From Paraspadella gotoi (lineage: Eukaryota > Animalia > Chaetognatha): a stretch of DNA of 64,000 nucleotides. Each line of letters begins with the position of its first letter. Position 1 is the first letter of the stretch. Location of the stretch: positions 62,001-126,000 of the forward strand of contig CM119266.1 in assembly GCA_051294375.1 (NCBI GenBank), given 5' to 3'. The translations under genes and the position numbers were made by a program. The notes under the pieces are model-generated. The model did no database searches. It was not told where the DNA came from and was given only the letters and a program-made list of their open reading frames with translations. Of the stretch, positions 53,001 to 64,000 are shown piece after piece.

Positions 53001-53437
53001 TCGTCAAAGAGTTTCATTACCTAAAGTTAGGTCAACAACATGTTTATTGTATTCCCATAAATATAAATTTTAAAAAAAGTTTTAAAACATGTGCAAACCT
53101 GTTCTTTTATTCTTCTATATGTCTTTGTATACACGTTGCAGTGAATCCAAATGTCAATCAGATTATACGTTATCAATTTTAATGACTCGTCAAGTGTAAC
53201 GCGTTGCGATTTAAAATGAATAAACCTGATTTATTATTATATATTATATATATATATTATTAGTTTTAATTATATTATTGAAGTAAACAATAAAAAATAA
53301 AGTATTGACATTATACAACGAAATACCTGGAGAACATGAAGTTCTAATGGTAAGACACCGGTTGGGAAATCTAGAGTTGCAGACAATGTAACATCCCCCA
53401 AAGGTACAAGGCAGGAAGAACGTAAAAGCGTAGGCAT
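50026..53437 (-). pseudogene. Multi-exon hATm-like DDE transposase, disrupted in this assembly
   Basis: Predicted exons 53437-53327, 53225-53099, 53020-52079, 51549-about 50810 and about 50760-50026 with GT-AG boundaries (the last break may be a deletion instead of an intron). Motifs ITYHDDG, FVMTDSTAHN, LLCHVH (CxxH) and NNLDAERSVG. In-frame TGA at 52496-52498. Confidence 0.8.
51785..51916. repeat. (AAAG)n microsatellite inside a transposase intron
   Basis: Lies within the predicted intron 52078-51550. Confidence 0.85.
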
Positions 53438-53890
53438 CTTTTAAAAAGTATTAACTCGCTCTTTCTGATCTAGCTCGGCAGATTTCTAGAAAAAAAAATC
53501 TTGTTGTGTCTTTTGTTTTTAGCGAGATACCGACTCGATCCGATAGGAAAAATGAAAGAAAATCGAAGCAATTACACTACGAATAAAATAATTTTTGCGC
53601 CAGCTTGTCTTAAAATACTTAGGCAATATTACTTCTTAATTCTCTAAAAAAATCATACTACCAATAGAAAATTTGGTATAGGGCATGATTCAAATTTGCT
53701 TCGGTCCCTAATTTGGATGGATAGATTGAGTTGAAATTTTTTGTGTGGGTAGAAAAATGTGTAACGATGCTTGATATAAAGTTTAAGTGGAAACGTACGA
53801 GTGGAAATGAGTTTAAATGAAAAAAAATATGAGTCACATTTACTTGAATCTTTTTACTTATTTTAACCCATAATAGATTGAGATGAAATT

Positions 53891-55530
53891 ATTTGTTTCA
53901 GAGTCATGATTTGGCAGAAGATTTAGTAGTTAATAGTTTGATTTGGTCTTTTCATGCCAATAATATAAGAAAAGGACAATACAAATTATTTCTGGAAGAA
54001 ACATAATATTTATATTTAAAGAAGCACTGATCTTCAGAGAACTTCTGTCTCCCTCAAAGGTGCATAACAAATTAACACAAAAATTTACAAATACAGTTTT
54101 AGGTAAGGTTTCTACTCTTCCATTTGGCTGAAATCCATTCCCTTTTAACTGTTGTTCTGAATGTTTTTTTACAAAATCTTGAAAATAGGCATTAAGCCCT
54201 AGGAATTTATCATTAGCTAATTTTAATATTGATAATTTTACCTTTTTGGCGTCATTATGTGGATGATATTTTAAATATATTCCACCAAGTTTTGATATTG
54301 AAGCTTTTATGACATACATTAATTCTTTTGAACCAAGAATTCAGTTTACTTTTGAATCACAAACTACAAATGAATTTTCTTTCCTGGATATAAGATTTTA
54401 AATGAAAATGGATGCATTGAAACTAGTGTATTTAGAAAGAAAAACGCACACAAATTTATATACCTATTTCTCTTCCTTTTGTGATTTCAAATCTAAAAAA
54501 TCTATTATTGAAACCAGTACTAGAAGAGCCTTAAAATATTGTTCTAACTGAACAGTTGTTAAAGGATGAATTGACTTTAATAGAATCTGTTTCTGTTGCA
54601 AATGGATGGGACAGAGAAAAGGCAAAAGAAGTAATATTAAAAACTGAAAGCAAAGGTTCAAGAAGAGGAATTACAAAAACTAAAGAAATCCTATTATATT
54701 TGATGAAATCAAAAAACAAAATAAAGTAGAACAATTAACTAAACAAAGAATGACAGTTCCTTTTCCTGGACCTGTAATAGCTTCTACTTTAAATAGGATA
54801 TGTAAACGTTTTAATAATTTTACCTGCTTACAAAAGTTGTAATACAATTAACAAAACCTAATTAAACTTAAAGATCCGGTCCCTGATGAACAAAAATCTG
54901 GTATTGTTTATCAAATCCCTTTAAAATGTGGTAAAATGTAACATTGGGGAAACTGACAGGTTGTGGGAAAAAAGAAAATCGGAACATAAGAATTATGTAA
55001 AAGATAATAAAATAAAAGATTCTGCTATTTTAGACATCTTTTTGATTGCACTAATACCTGTCAATTTCCTAACCCAGGGTTATTTGGGATGAATGTAAAA
55101 AATTAGAAACAGAAAATAATAAATTAAAAAGATTGTCCTTAGAAAGTATTCATATTAAAAAGAATAAACTTAAAACAGTAAATAGAAATGAAGGAAATGT
55201 AGCACTGAATGGGACAAGGCTCTTAAGGTCACCTTTGAAAATAAAAGACAAAAAACAATTTGGTTTAAGGTCATCTCAAGCCTATAGAATTCAAAGGCAG
55301 AGAAGAGAAAGAAATGGCCAGAGTGAGGAGAATGGATTTTCAGCCAAAGGGAAGAGTAGAAACCTTACCTAAAACTGTTTTGTAAATTTTGTGTTAATTT
55401 GTTATGCACCTTTGAGGGAGACAGAAGTCTCTGAAGATAGTGCTTATTTAAATATAAATATTATGTTACTTCCAAGATAATTGTTTCCTTTTATATTATT
55501 GGCATGAAAAGACCAAATCAAACTATTAAC
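53891..55530 (+). mobile_element. 5'-truncated Penelope-like retroelement with inverted pLTR and 17-bp TSD
   Basis: TSD TAGATTGAGATGAAATT at 53874-53890 and 55531-55547. Inverted arms about 53928-54140 and 55330-55530. Empty site at about 42405-42422. Confidence 0.9.
54170..55320 (+). pseudogene. Penelope RT C-terminal half plus GIY-YIG endonuclease, frameshifted
   Basis: Joined frames give FWRHYVDDIL, INSFEPRIQFTFE...FSFLDI, TSVFRKKTHTNLY, KSGIVYQIPLKCG..IGETDR..EKRKSEH and RLSLESIHIKK...VNRNEG. Confidence 0.9.
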
Positions 55531-58500
55531 TAGATTGAGATGAAATTTTATGAGCGGGTAGGAAAGTGTGTGAAGAAGCAAGATATAAAGTTTTGACGGA
55601 ATTTTGCCAGTGGAAATTAGTTTAAATGGAAAAAACATAAGTCACATTTACTTGAATCTTTATTATTTATGATTACTATATTTATGATTACTAATAAATG
55701 TTTTAATTATTTAATTAATGAATTAATTAATGTGAAAAAATGATGCAATTTAAAAAAATTATGCAAGTTGAAAAAATGATGCAAGCAGAAAATGATGCAA
55801 GTCAAAAAAATCCTAAAAGCATAAGGATCGTCGCAATTGCAAAGAGAGAGATAGAGAGAGAGAGAGAAGAAGAGCAGAAAATGAGCATAAGGATCGTCGC
55901 AATTGCAAGAGAGAGAGAGAGAGAGAGCAGAAAAATGAGCATAAGGATCGTTTGCTGCAAAGAGGAGGAGAGAGAGAGAGGAGAAGAGAGAGAGATCCGA
56001 GAAAAAAATTAGCAAATAAAAAGGTTGTTATTTTACTCACTGAATAAAAATACTTAAAATACTTACAAAATACATAAAATTGATAAAATTATTATTCCGA
56101 TAACATTGTTTAATCACAGCATAATTCTCTCGATTATACTGCTGCAGTCACAGCGCGGCAGCTCTCAAAATATGTGACACTCTGTCTTATAATCTTACTT
56201 CAATACCCACGTCTCTCCCACATGGAGGGACACAGACCGCCACACTCTCAGACTCTACCGCTTCATTTACCTACGTACCAAGTTGGTCCCCCCTAATATC
56301 TAATCTGAACCGGCGTCCCCACCTCGCCTACATCTGGTCACCGCCCACTACGGCGTCCTCGTCAATCCGTACCTACTGTCACACTGCCATCTGCTAGCCA
56401 GGCTGTCTCATCCAATAACAGAATGTTGTCCTTTTTTCCCTCTCTCTAGAATGAACTAAATTCGCATCTTTCAGATATCTAGTAACTTTAGTATATAGAG
56501 GTTCATGTATAACCAATTTTTATACTAATCGTCCATATGCAACCAAGATGACAAAAAAAGTAACTTTCCACTTTAAATCTACACTGGTGATATTTTTTAT
56601 TTCCTGACAGGACACTCTGCGGTGTTCTTGATTGTCAGACGCCTTAAACAAGTTAAACCACGAAAGTCATCGCTCCTGAGCGTCACCTGTATATAATACT
56701 TTTTCAAACTTTTGAGCCCCAATAAACTTGCGCGTTTTAAAAATACGCAAAACAAGCCTTAAAAATCATTGATCATCATCTATTATTCGGCACCTGAATT
56801 TTTATTTTTTTAAATTGTCAGTCTATCTTAATTATTTCTAAATAAATCATTTTAAAAAGTTGTCCGCATATAATAAACCTGTTATCAAGCTTTGTGAAGG
56901 CTCTCATCGCTCAGATATCATATAAAAAAATTGATAAGCAAAAATTTTTAAAAATTTATCTTTCATTTCATATTATTTAATAGTCCGCCTTAACGCATGA
57001 TATTATTTGAGTGCCGGTAGAAGTTCTAGTTTTCTAACTCGTTCCGGCCTTTACGATATCATAGTAAGGTCACAAGCCAACAATCTTTGAAGCACTACTT
57101 TTGACCCTGAACTCGTCTATGAGTTTCCTGCTTATAATACCACATTATAATATTTCCTGATTCCTCGCTTTTACAGTACTTAAATCCAGATGTTATTTTC
57201 AATGTACTCTACAATTTCTTTAATTCAGTCTGTTCGACTTGGCGCTTGTGTTGGCACTCTGAAGTATTCTTAATAGTTTGAGCATGAACGGTACTTATAT
57301 AGCATGAGATATTATTCACTGAAAATCTTCATGTGGTACCGTGCCACATTATGCCACAGAAGTGGGACAATGGAGATGTGGAGATAACACACAAGATAAA
57401 TAAGTCCACATTTACCACTGTCTGAATCTTGTATATATGTTATATGATTATTACTACATAACATGGCTGTTGTGCTGAAATTACGAACTAGTAAATTAAT
57501 AAACACATTGATCTCTTTCTAACATTCTCAAATGCAAGTCATTAAGTAATTCACTATCACATAATTCTAAATTTAATAGATTAATAATTAAATGGTACGA
57601 AACACGAATCTGATTCGTCCAATCGTTTAAAAAAATCTTAAAATTCAATAAAGATCGTCCAGCAATGTCACAAATATCAGCCAGATAATGAATAGACGAG
57701 AGATTGATATGAGACGAGCTGAGAGGAGAGTAAAGACGAGAGAGAGAGAAGTGAAGACGATAAGAAATAAAAGCTATGAGGATATTTCGGTTTGTTTTGA
57801 GTAAGAAATGTAAACACAACACATATGTTTAAATAATGTCTTAATCCAAATTTAAGTGACATCGATTGACATGATTAGAAGTTGAAATATAAATTTAAAA
57901 TTAATTATTACATATAATTTTTAGATTGGTTGTACCAATTTCATATTAAAATAAATTAATTAATTAATTAATCGATTAATTAATTAATTAATTAATTATC
58001 GTAGGCAGATCCGACATTGTTTGCTCAAACTTGTTATACATAAGATATTTATACAAATATACATATTGACTCACATATGTATATTTTGAACAGTTTGCCT
58101 TGAATGATCAAAAAGTAAATCGATGTTTAACGCAGTGGGATGTCGACAAGAAAGAGAAAATAATGTTTATGCAACCCCCAGTGAGTAATGGATCCAACTA
58201 ATAAAAAAAATAAGACATCAATACGGCCTTTGGGAAAGTTCAATGGGAAGGGTCAATGTTATTGGCGAGTCGGCCGCTTTCCTCTCCTTTGCCTCCCCCC
58301 CCACCCCCTTCTCTCAATTCATCCCACAGGATTTCTATTCGACCCGAGGGGGAAAAAGTTTTTTCTCCGGTCAAATGGCTAACGTCTCATTGATCACTTG
58401 TTCACTTGGTCGATGAGCAATGGACATTCGGTTGGTGCCCCATCGTCTAGATGGCTCGTCGCAAAAAGAATAAATATCTCTTTCCTTTGCTTGAACAAAC

Positions 58501-58549
58501 TTTAGCACGTGACTTATTTAAAGGTTCCTTTCTGCTTTTCGTTTCCTAA

Positions 58550-58677
<128 letters not shown>

Positions 58678-59119
58678 CCATATTTTTTTGGGTCGCAATG
58701 AGGCTATGAGGCAGGCGACATGGTCTTTTTTTTTAAAAGAATCTTTCCGCCGTCACACTTACATACTTTCATGGTATTCGCTTACATTACATTCACTTAC
58801 ATACTTTCATGGAATTCGCTATCAAAGTCTCATCGTCGTCATTATCGTCGCCTTCGTCATCGCCGCAATCCCTTCGACCTCATTTTTCCGCTCCTCTATA
58901 CATGCAGGACGCAAATAATGTCGACTAATAAAAACGCCCATGACGCCATCTACGACGATAACGACGCTGATGACGACGACCACGCCATCGCCAACGCCAC
59001 CTATGACGATCATAAAGACCCACCGCTAGTCGGCGCGGATATTACGGACGTCGTCGCCCACGTCGCTTCTCGAGAATCGCCAACGCCAGCAGAAATTGCC
59101 GCAACGACGTCGACAATAT

Positions 59120-59340
59120 CGTCGTCGTGGTTGTTGTCGTGGTTGTTGTCATCGTTGTTGTCGTCGTCGTTGTCGTCGTAGTTGCCCAGGACGCCTCGCT
59201 AGTAGTCGTCGTCGTCGTTGTCGTCGTTGTCGTCGTCGTAGATGCCCAGGACGCCTCGCTCGTAGTCGTCGTTGTCGTCGTGGTCGTCGTTGTTGTCGTT
59301 GTTGTCGTCGTAGATGCCCAGGACGCCTCGCTAGTAGTCC
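59120..59340. repeat. (GTC/GTT)n tracts punctuated by three copies of g(a/t)tgcccaggacgcctcgct
   Basis: Direct observation. The minus strand reads poly-Thr with SEASWA spacers. Confidence 0.85.
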
Positions 59341-60200
59341 AAGCTCGAGCGGCGAACTTTTGCCATACGGTGACTTCCGCTAAATGACGAACCGCCAAGC
59401 CGCTCACTGAAAATATACTAAATTGACGTGAATTTTTACTTGTCGCCTTCAACCCTGTTTCTCTATTTCTCATTTTGTTCACTCCAAATGTCTAACGACG
59501 CTATCACAGCTCTCTGTCCCTTAAGATCACATCTTTTTCGTCAGATCTCCATTTCTCTATTTCGATCTTACCTCGGGCGAATTTGTTCTCATTCTCTCTC
59601 CGCTTTTTTTTCAATCCAAACATCACTCCTTTCGTCTTGTTCTTTCTCATCTCATTCGTCCCATCACATTCTGTATTTAAGTCTCATAAATCCCTCAGTC
59701 AACCCTTCTATCTTTGACCCAACGAGACCGAATCCTCCGAAATCTCATCACGATATCCGTAACTTAACTTGCCCCGTGCCGACCGTGACATCAAGTTCGA
59801 TCCCCATCCCCTTTTCCCCTCCTATCGAATTCTTCATCCCCTTATCCCCTTCATCCCCTCCTATCTAATTCTTCATCCCCTTATCCCCTTCATCCCCGAA
59901 TGGTCCCATCGCGTGTTGGAAGTCATTCACTACGTGGCTCCGCCTTCACGCAACGCGTGCCAGGTACTCGAAAATCAGGCGCGGATCAGGCGCGGTCTCA
60001 TCACCGGTGGCCGTCGCCTCGGCCCCCATCTGTTTGGTGCTTATAATCTCTAATCGTCGTTCATCTTGAATATTTGGCACTATTTTCCGAAAAACCCCTA
60101 TTCCGGTTCCTTTATTGATTGCTAACATAATTTTAACACAATAGTATTATTTAAACCCCTTTTGTCCTTTCTTCATGGTTACCCCGTCCCATCTCCAGAC

Positions 60201-61439
60201 TAGAGTTCCGATAACCGTTAACAGTTAACGGTTATTAACGGTTAAAAATAATTTTAACTTAACCGTTAATATATTTATTTTAACGGTTAAATTCGGTTAA
60301 TTTTCAAATATGATTTTTGTTATGAAAACTTTGATTTTTTAAGAAAAAATTTTTTTCCTTATTCTCCTCTCCCTTTCTCACTATATTTTTCCCTCTCTCT
60401 GTCTACATTTCCCCTTCTTTTTTCTTTGTTATTTTCAGCCCTTTTAACTCTTTTCTATCCTAATCTATTTTCATTTTTTTCTGCGGTTTCGGTTTTTTTT
60501 ACTTACTTTCTCCCAATTGTGTTCGTGTTTTACCTTTCAGCTCAATTTTATGCATTTACATACAAGAATATATTTAAATATAAATTGCATTTCTGCATAT
60601 ATTTTTTTGCAAATCAAATTTTACATGCAATAAATTTCTATTTTGCTAATACAAAAAATAAATAATCTTTCTTATTTTACTTTTTTTAGCTTTTTCTTTC
60701 AATTTTTCGATCATTCAACCATTCAATTAATAAATTGATATTCGTAATTAAGAGAAACAAAGTTTATTTGTTTACAAACAACGGGTTTTATTCCAAAAAC
60801 GGACATGCTATTTCGACTCTAGTTTTTCCGAGTCTACATCAGCGCGTGAGAGTCGAAACATGTCCTTTTTTTTAAATAAAAAACCGTTGTTTGTAAACAA
60901 ATAGACTTTACTTTCACTTACATATAAACGCAACGAAAAGAAAGTCTTAACACAATATTCATAATTATAATTTATATTTATGGTCATTGTTTATGAAAGA
61001 CTAACAACTAACAACTATAAAAATAATGAGGAAGAGAAATAAAAAAAGAAAAAGCGAAAACGAAAGAAAAAGAGAGAAAGAGAAAACAAATATACAGAAT
61101 TAAAATTACATTGTGCTTTTCTTTCATTGTCTTTTTCATTATTTTATTATGCTATGAGGGCAAAAGAAAAATTTATTTAATGCTGTTTTTTCAACCAATT
61201 TTTCATTTATCAACTATAATGTGTACCTCATCTATCTAAAATAAAAGATAGACGATTCAGTAAGCCGGAGTTAAGGAGAAAATACCATTAAAATGCTTTA
61301 GTTATATTTCGAATATTAATATTTTAAATTTAAAATTAAATTTATAAAATAACCGATTTTTAACGGGTTAACCGTTAAAAACGTTAGTTTTTAACGGGTT
61401 AAGGCAAGTCCTCAAAAATTAACGGTTAACGGAACCCTA
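60201..61439. mobile_element. hAT-like MITE inserted in the first unit of a 72-bp tandem repeat
   Basis: TIRs TAGAGTTCCGATAACCGTTAA and TTAACGGTTAACGGAACCCTA. Clustered subterminal AACCGTTAA/TTAACGGTT motifs and duplicated (c)tccagac flanks. Confidence 0.8.
60759..60944 (+). mobile_element. Minimal PLE inverted-pLTR remnant with decayed hammerhead
   Basis: Arms 60759-60820 and 60849-60909. Reverse complement CTGATGTA-GACTC...GAGTC-GAAA, plus-strand GAGTCGAAACATGTC, and tail CAACGAAAAGAAAG. Confidence 0.7.
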
Positions 61440-61442
61440 CAG

Positions 61443-61750
61443 TCCAGACCTCATTTCATTCCCTCCTACCTCTAAACTCCTTAGTGTCCCGTCTTCATTA
61501 TCGCACCGTCCCATCTCCAGACCTCATTTCATTCCCTCCTTCCTCTAAACACCTTTTGTCTCGTCTTCATTATCGCACCGTCCCATCTCCAGACTTCATT
61601 TCATTCCCTCCTATCTCTAAACTCCTTTTGTCCTGTCTTCATTATCGCACCATCCCATCTCCAGACCTCATTTCATTCCCTCCTATCTCTAAACTCCTTT
61701 TGTCCCGTCTTCATTATCGCACCGTTCCATCTCCAGACCTCATTTCCATC
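61443..61750. repeat. 72-bp tandem repeat, about 4 copies
   Basis: tccagac(c/t)tcatttc starts at 61443, 61516, 61588, 61660 and 61732. Confidence 0.9.
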
Positions 61751-62645
61751 CTTAAAAATCCTGAATCGAATCCTCCCATCCTTAATCTCTCATTCCTTTC
61801 GTGCGGGACCCGCGGGTCTGGCTTATCTGAAACGTCACTCTTTTTTCAATCCGTCCTTTAGCTTCCCTTTTTCTTCACTTTTCCTTACCTTCTTTTTTAT
61901 TTTTATCCTTTATTCCTCCCTTTCTTTTTTCAGTATATTTTTCAGTAGTAGTAAGTGAAAAAAAGTTGAAATTTTGTCATCAAAATGGTCTTCAAACAAA
62001 TTAATCTGTAGTACACACTTCACATAATTACCGCAGTATGCCTCATTTCACGAAAGAAGAACTGCATAACAAGGAGGCTCTTTTGCCTCCTTTCCTCCAC
62101 TGTACCACAATTAGATAGGGTGTGCCATCGAGTCTAAACACTTGTGACATCTTAATTTGTCATTTTTATTTCTTTTACAATAATTTCACCACTTCATTAC
62201 GAAACTACCCAATAATTCCACAGACATAATACATGTACATTAGGGTGAAGTGAAAGTTTGGAATCAAAATTTAGCAGTAATATCTTAAAAACTATCATAT
62301 TAGTGAATATTAATCTGTAATTTTTTTTTACAAATATAGTAGCCCAGTCAGCTTATTTTGTATATAGTACTACCCTTATATAATGTCAAAATTTCAAAAT
62401 ATTTTTTTTTTAATTCTGAGAACAGATTCAGATTCCTTGTTAAAAGTTTATAAAAGAAAATATAAATCTTTTTTAAAAGTTATGTCAATAAGTAGGATAA
62501 AACTATAAAAAAATATATTTTTAAGTTTGAAATTGAAAATCAACGTCTTAAATATAGTTTTTTACATTTTTAACCAACTTAATGAAAGAGGTCGAGGTGA
62601 AGACAGGTTAGGTTTAGGCCAGAGAGAGAGAGAGATAGATATTGA

Positions 62646-62882
62646 AACAAGTTTGAGCAAACAATGTCGGATCTGCCTACGATAATTAATTAATTAATTA
62701 ATTAATCGATTAATTAATTAATTAATTTTAATATGTAATAATTAATTTTAAATTTATATTCAACTTATCATCATCGATGTCCTTAAATTGGGTTAGGAGA
62801 GTTATTAAATATGTTATGTTTACATTTTATCAAAACAAACAAATATCCTCTATTTTATTTTATGTCTCCTTCTCTCTCTCTC

Positions 62883-62923
<41 letters not shown>

Positions 62924-63050
62924 ATGGAATTGCGACGATCTTTATGCTTTTAAGATTCTTTTAACTTGCATCATTTTTTCACATTAATTAATTAATTAAT
63001 TAAAACATTTATTAGTAATCATTAATATTAAAGATTCAAGTAAATGTTTT
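62646..63050 (-). mobile_element. 3' part of a HINE copy
   Basis: Near-identical to 40640-41055. Inserted in an A-run relative to the paralog at 47060-47078. Confidence 0.8.
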
Positions 63051-63444
63051 TTTCTATCATTTTTTAACTTTAGCCCAATTTTTACTCATAATTATTAATA
63101 AATATAGTTAACTAACTTTTTATAAAACATAAAATTTAAAAATAAACTTACCAAAATATTTTAATAAGTCTTTATTTTTATATTTCAAAAGCTCATATAA
63201 ATTTTTTAAAATTTTAATAATTTGATTTATCATAACTTATAATGGTTTTGCTATTATATATATTATATATATTTTAATGTTAAAAACCGCCATTTCCGAC
63301 AAGAAAGATAAAATTATACAAGAAAATGGTCATCACCATCGAATTCTACAGACTACATTACACTAAAATATCTATGTACCTCACTTGATTTGTTATATTT
63401 TGTTATTTTTCAACGTTCTATTATATATTAATAAATATTTAGAC

Positions 63445-64000
63445 ATCGCGGACAAGGGAAGAGCTGCGGTAGTCATGGACGCCCATGACTACAAAGAAAA
63501 AAGTTCGCCAAAATAGATGGCGAGGATTAGAAAAACATACCATCTTCTATCTCAAGGATCCGACTCTAGCTTACAGAACCTCGGATTCAGACCTGTGACA
63601 AAAAGAATACGTGTGAATACTGTCCCCCGCTCAGTATTTCACAGAGTCAACCTGACTCAACGCAGCCTCTTTGTTCTTCGGTCAACGGAAGGGTACATAA
63701 GCCCGGTCTACCGTTACGCCCAATCGTATCGGCTCCGCAATTCCATTTTTAATTATGTACGAAGGAGTTGGGGCGGCATCCTAACTCCACTCGTTGGTAA
63801 TCAACACCACCTCCGGAACTCTGTTTGATCTGACGGAAAAGTTGCAACACATAAAAGTGCCGTAGTCATTGCTTGGTCTCGTGTGATTCTAACAAGCATG
63901 TTTATACAACATCCCCAGGAATTGGCGTTAAAATCAGCAGAACGCCGCCTGAGGAAGACCGGACTTACAGCGTACGCCAATCTCAATTGAATTGACATCA
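63445..64000 (+). pseudogene. Penelope-like RT N-terminal region, frameshifted, continuing past the window end
   Basis: ADKGRAAVVMDAHDYKEK, KDPT, LTPLVGNQHHLRNS, LTEKLQHIKV and NIPQELALKSAERRL match PLE RT motifs (ADKG, DPT, NS, LFT.IP). Confidence 0.8.

Larger units (their letters stand above)
49623..53710 (-). mobile_element. hAT superfamily (hATm-like) DNA transposon, full length
   Basis: TIRs TA(A)GGGACCGAAGCAAATT and AATTTGCTTCGGTCCCTA. Approximate 8-bp TSD aattggaa/atttggat. Absent from the paralogous site near 42575. Confidence 0.85.
48150..58035 (+). mobile_element. Long composite HINE, inverted paralog of 40639-44485, hosting hATm and PLE insertions
   Basis: (GTCC)n at 48168-48218, same module order as the reverse complement of 40639-44400, and 3' GGCAGATCCGACATTGTTTGCTCAAACTTGTT at 58004-58035. 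Confidence 0.8.

Noticed and set aside
53930-54319. 129-aa minus-strand ORF
   Set aside because: Antisense to the Penelope RT and running across the inversion junction.
56100-57900. Apparently novel sequence and small ORFs
   Set aside because: Largely a very error-rich reverse complement of 40750-41830. It looks like low-quality consensus.

Overview
AT-rich eukaryotic (probably invertebrate) DNA made almost entirely of nested transposable elements, microsatellites and near-identical segmental copies. The consensus is indel-noisy and has four N gaps. No host gene can be called confidently, and nearly all ORF-track entries are (GA)n/(CT)n artefacts. Recognisable content: (1) a degenerate, intron-containing hATm-like DNA transposon at 49623-53710; (2) Penelope-like elements (PLEs), namely an RT+GIY-YIG copy with inverted pLTR and 17-bp TSD at 53891-55530, an RT fragment running off the right edge, and a second family seen as about eight 3' ends with minimal hammerhead ribozymes, usually in inverted pairs; (3) many Helentron-associated (HINE/DINE-1-like) elements of variable length, two of which form a large inverted pair that supplies empty sites for nested insertions; (4) Tc1-like, Kolobok-like, hAT-like and Transib-like non-autonomous elements. 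The most interesting signals are a codon-conserved, PIP-box-like C-terminal peptide in the hammerhead PLE family, a 285-bp solo-LTR-like insert carrying an internal tRNA-like module, and a Transib-like element whose ends look like heptamer-22-nonamer recombination signals. Coordinates were read by eye and may be off by a few bases.
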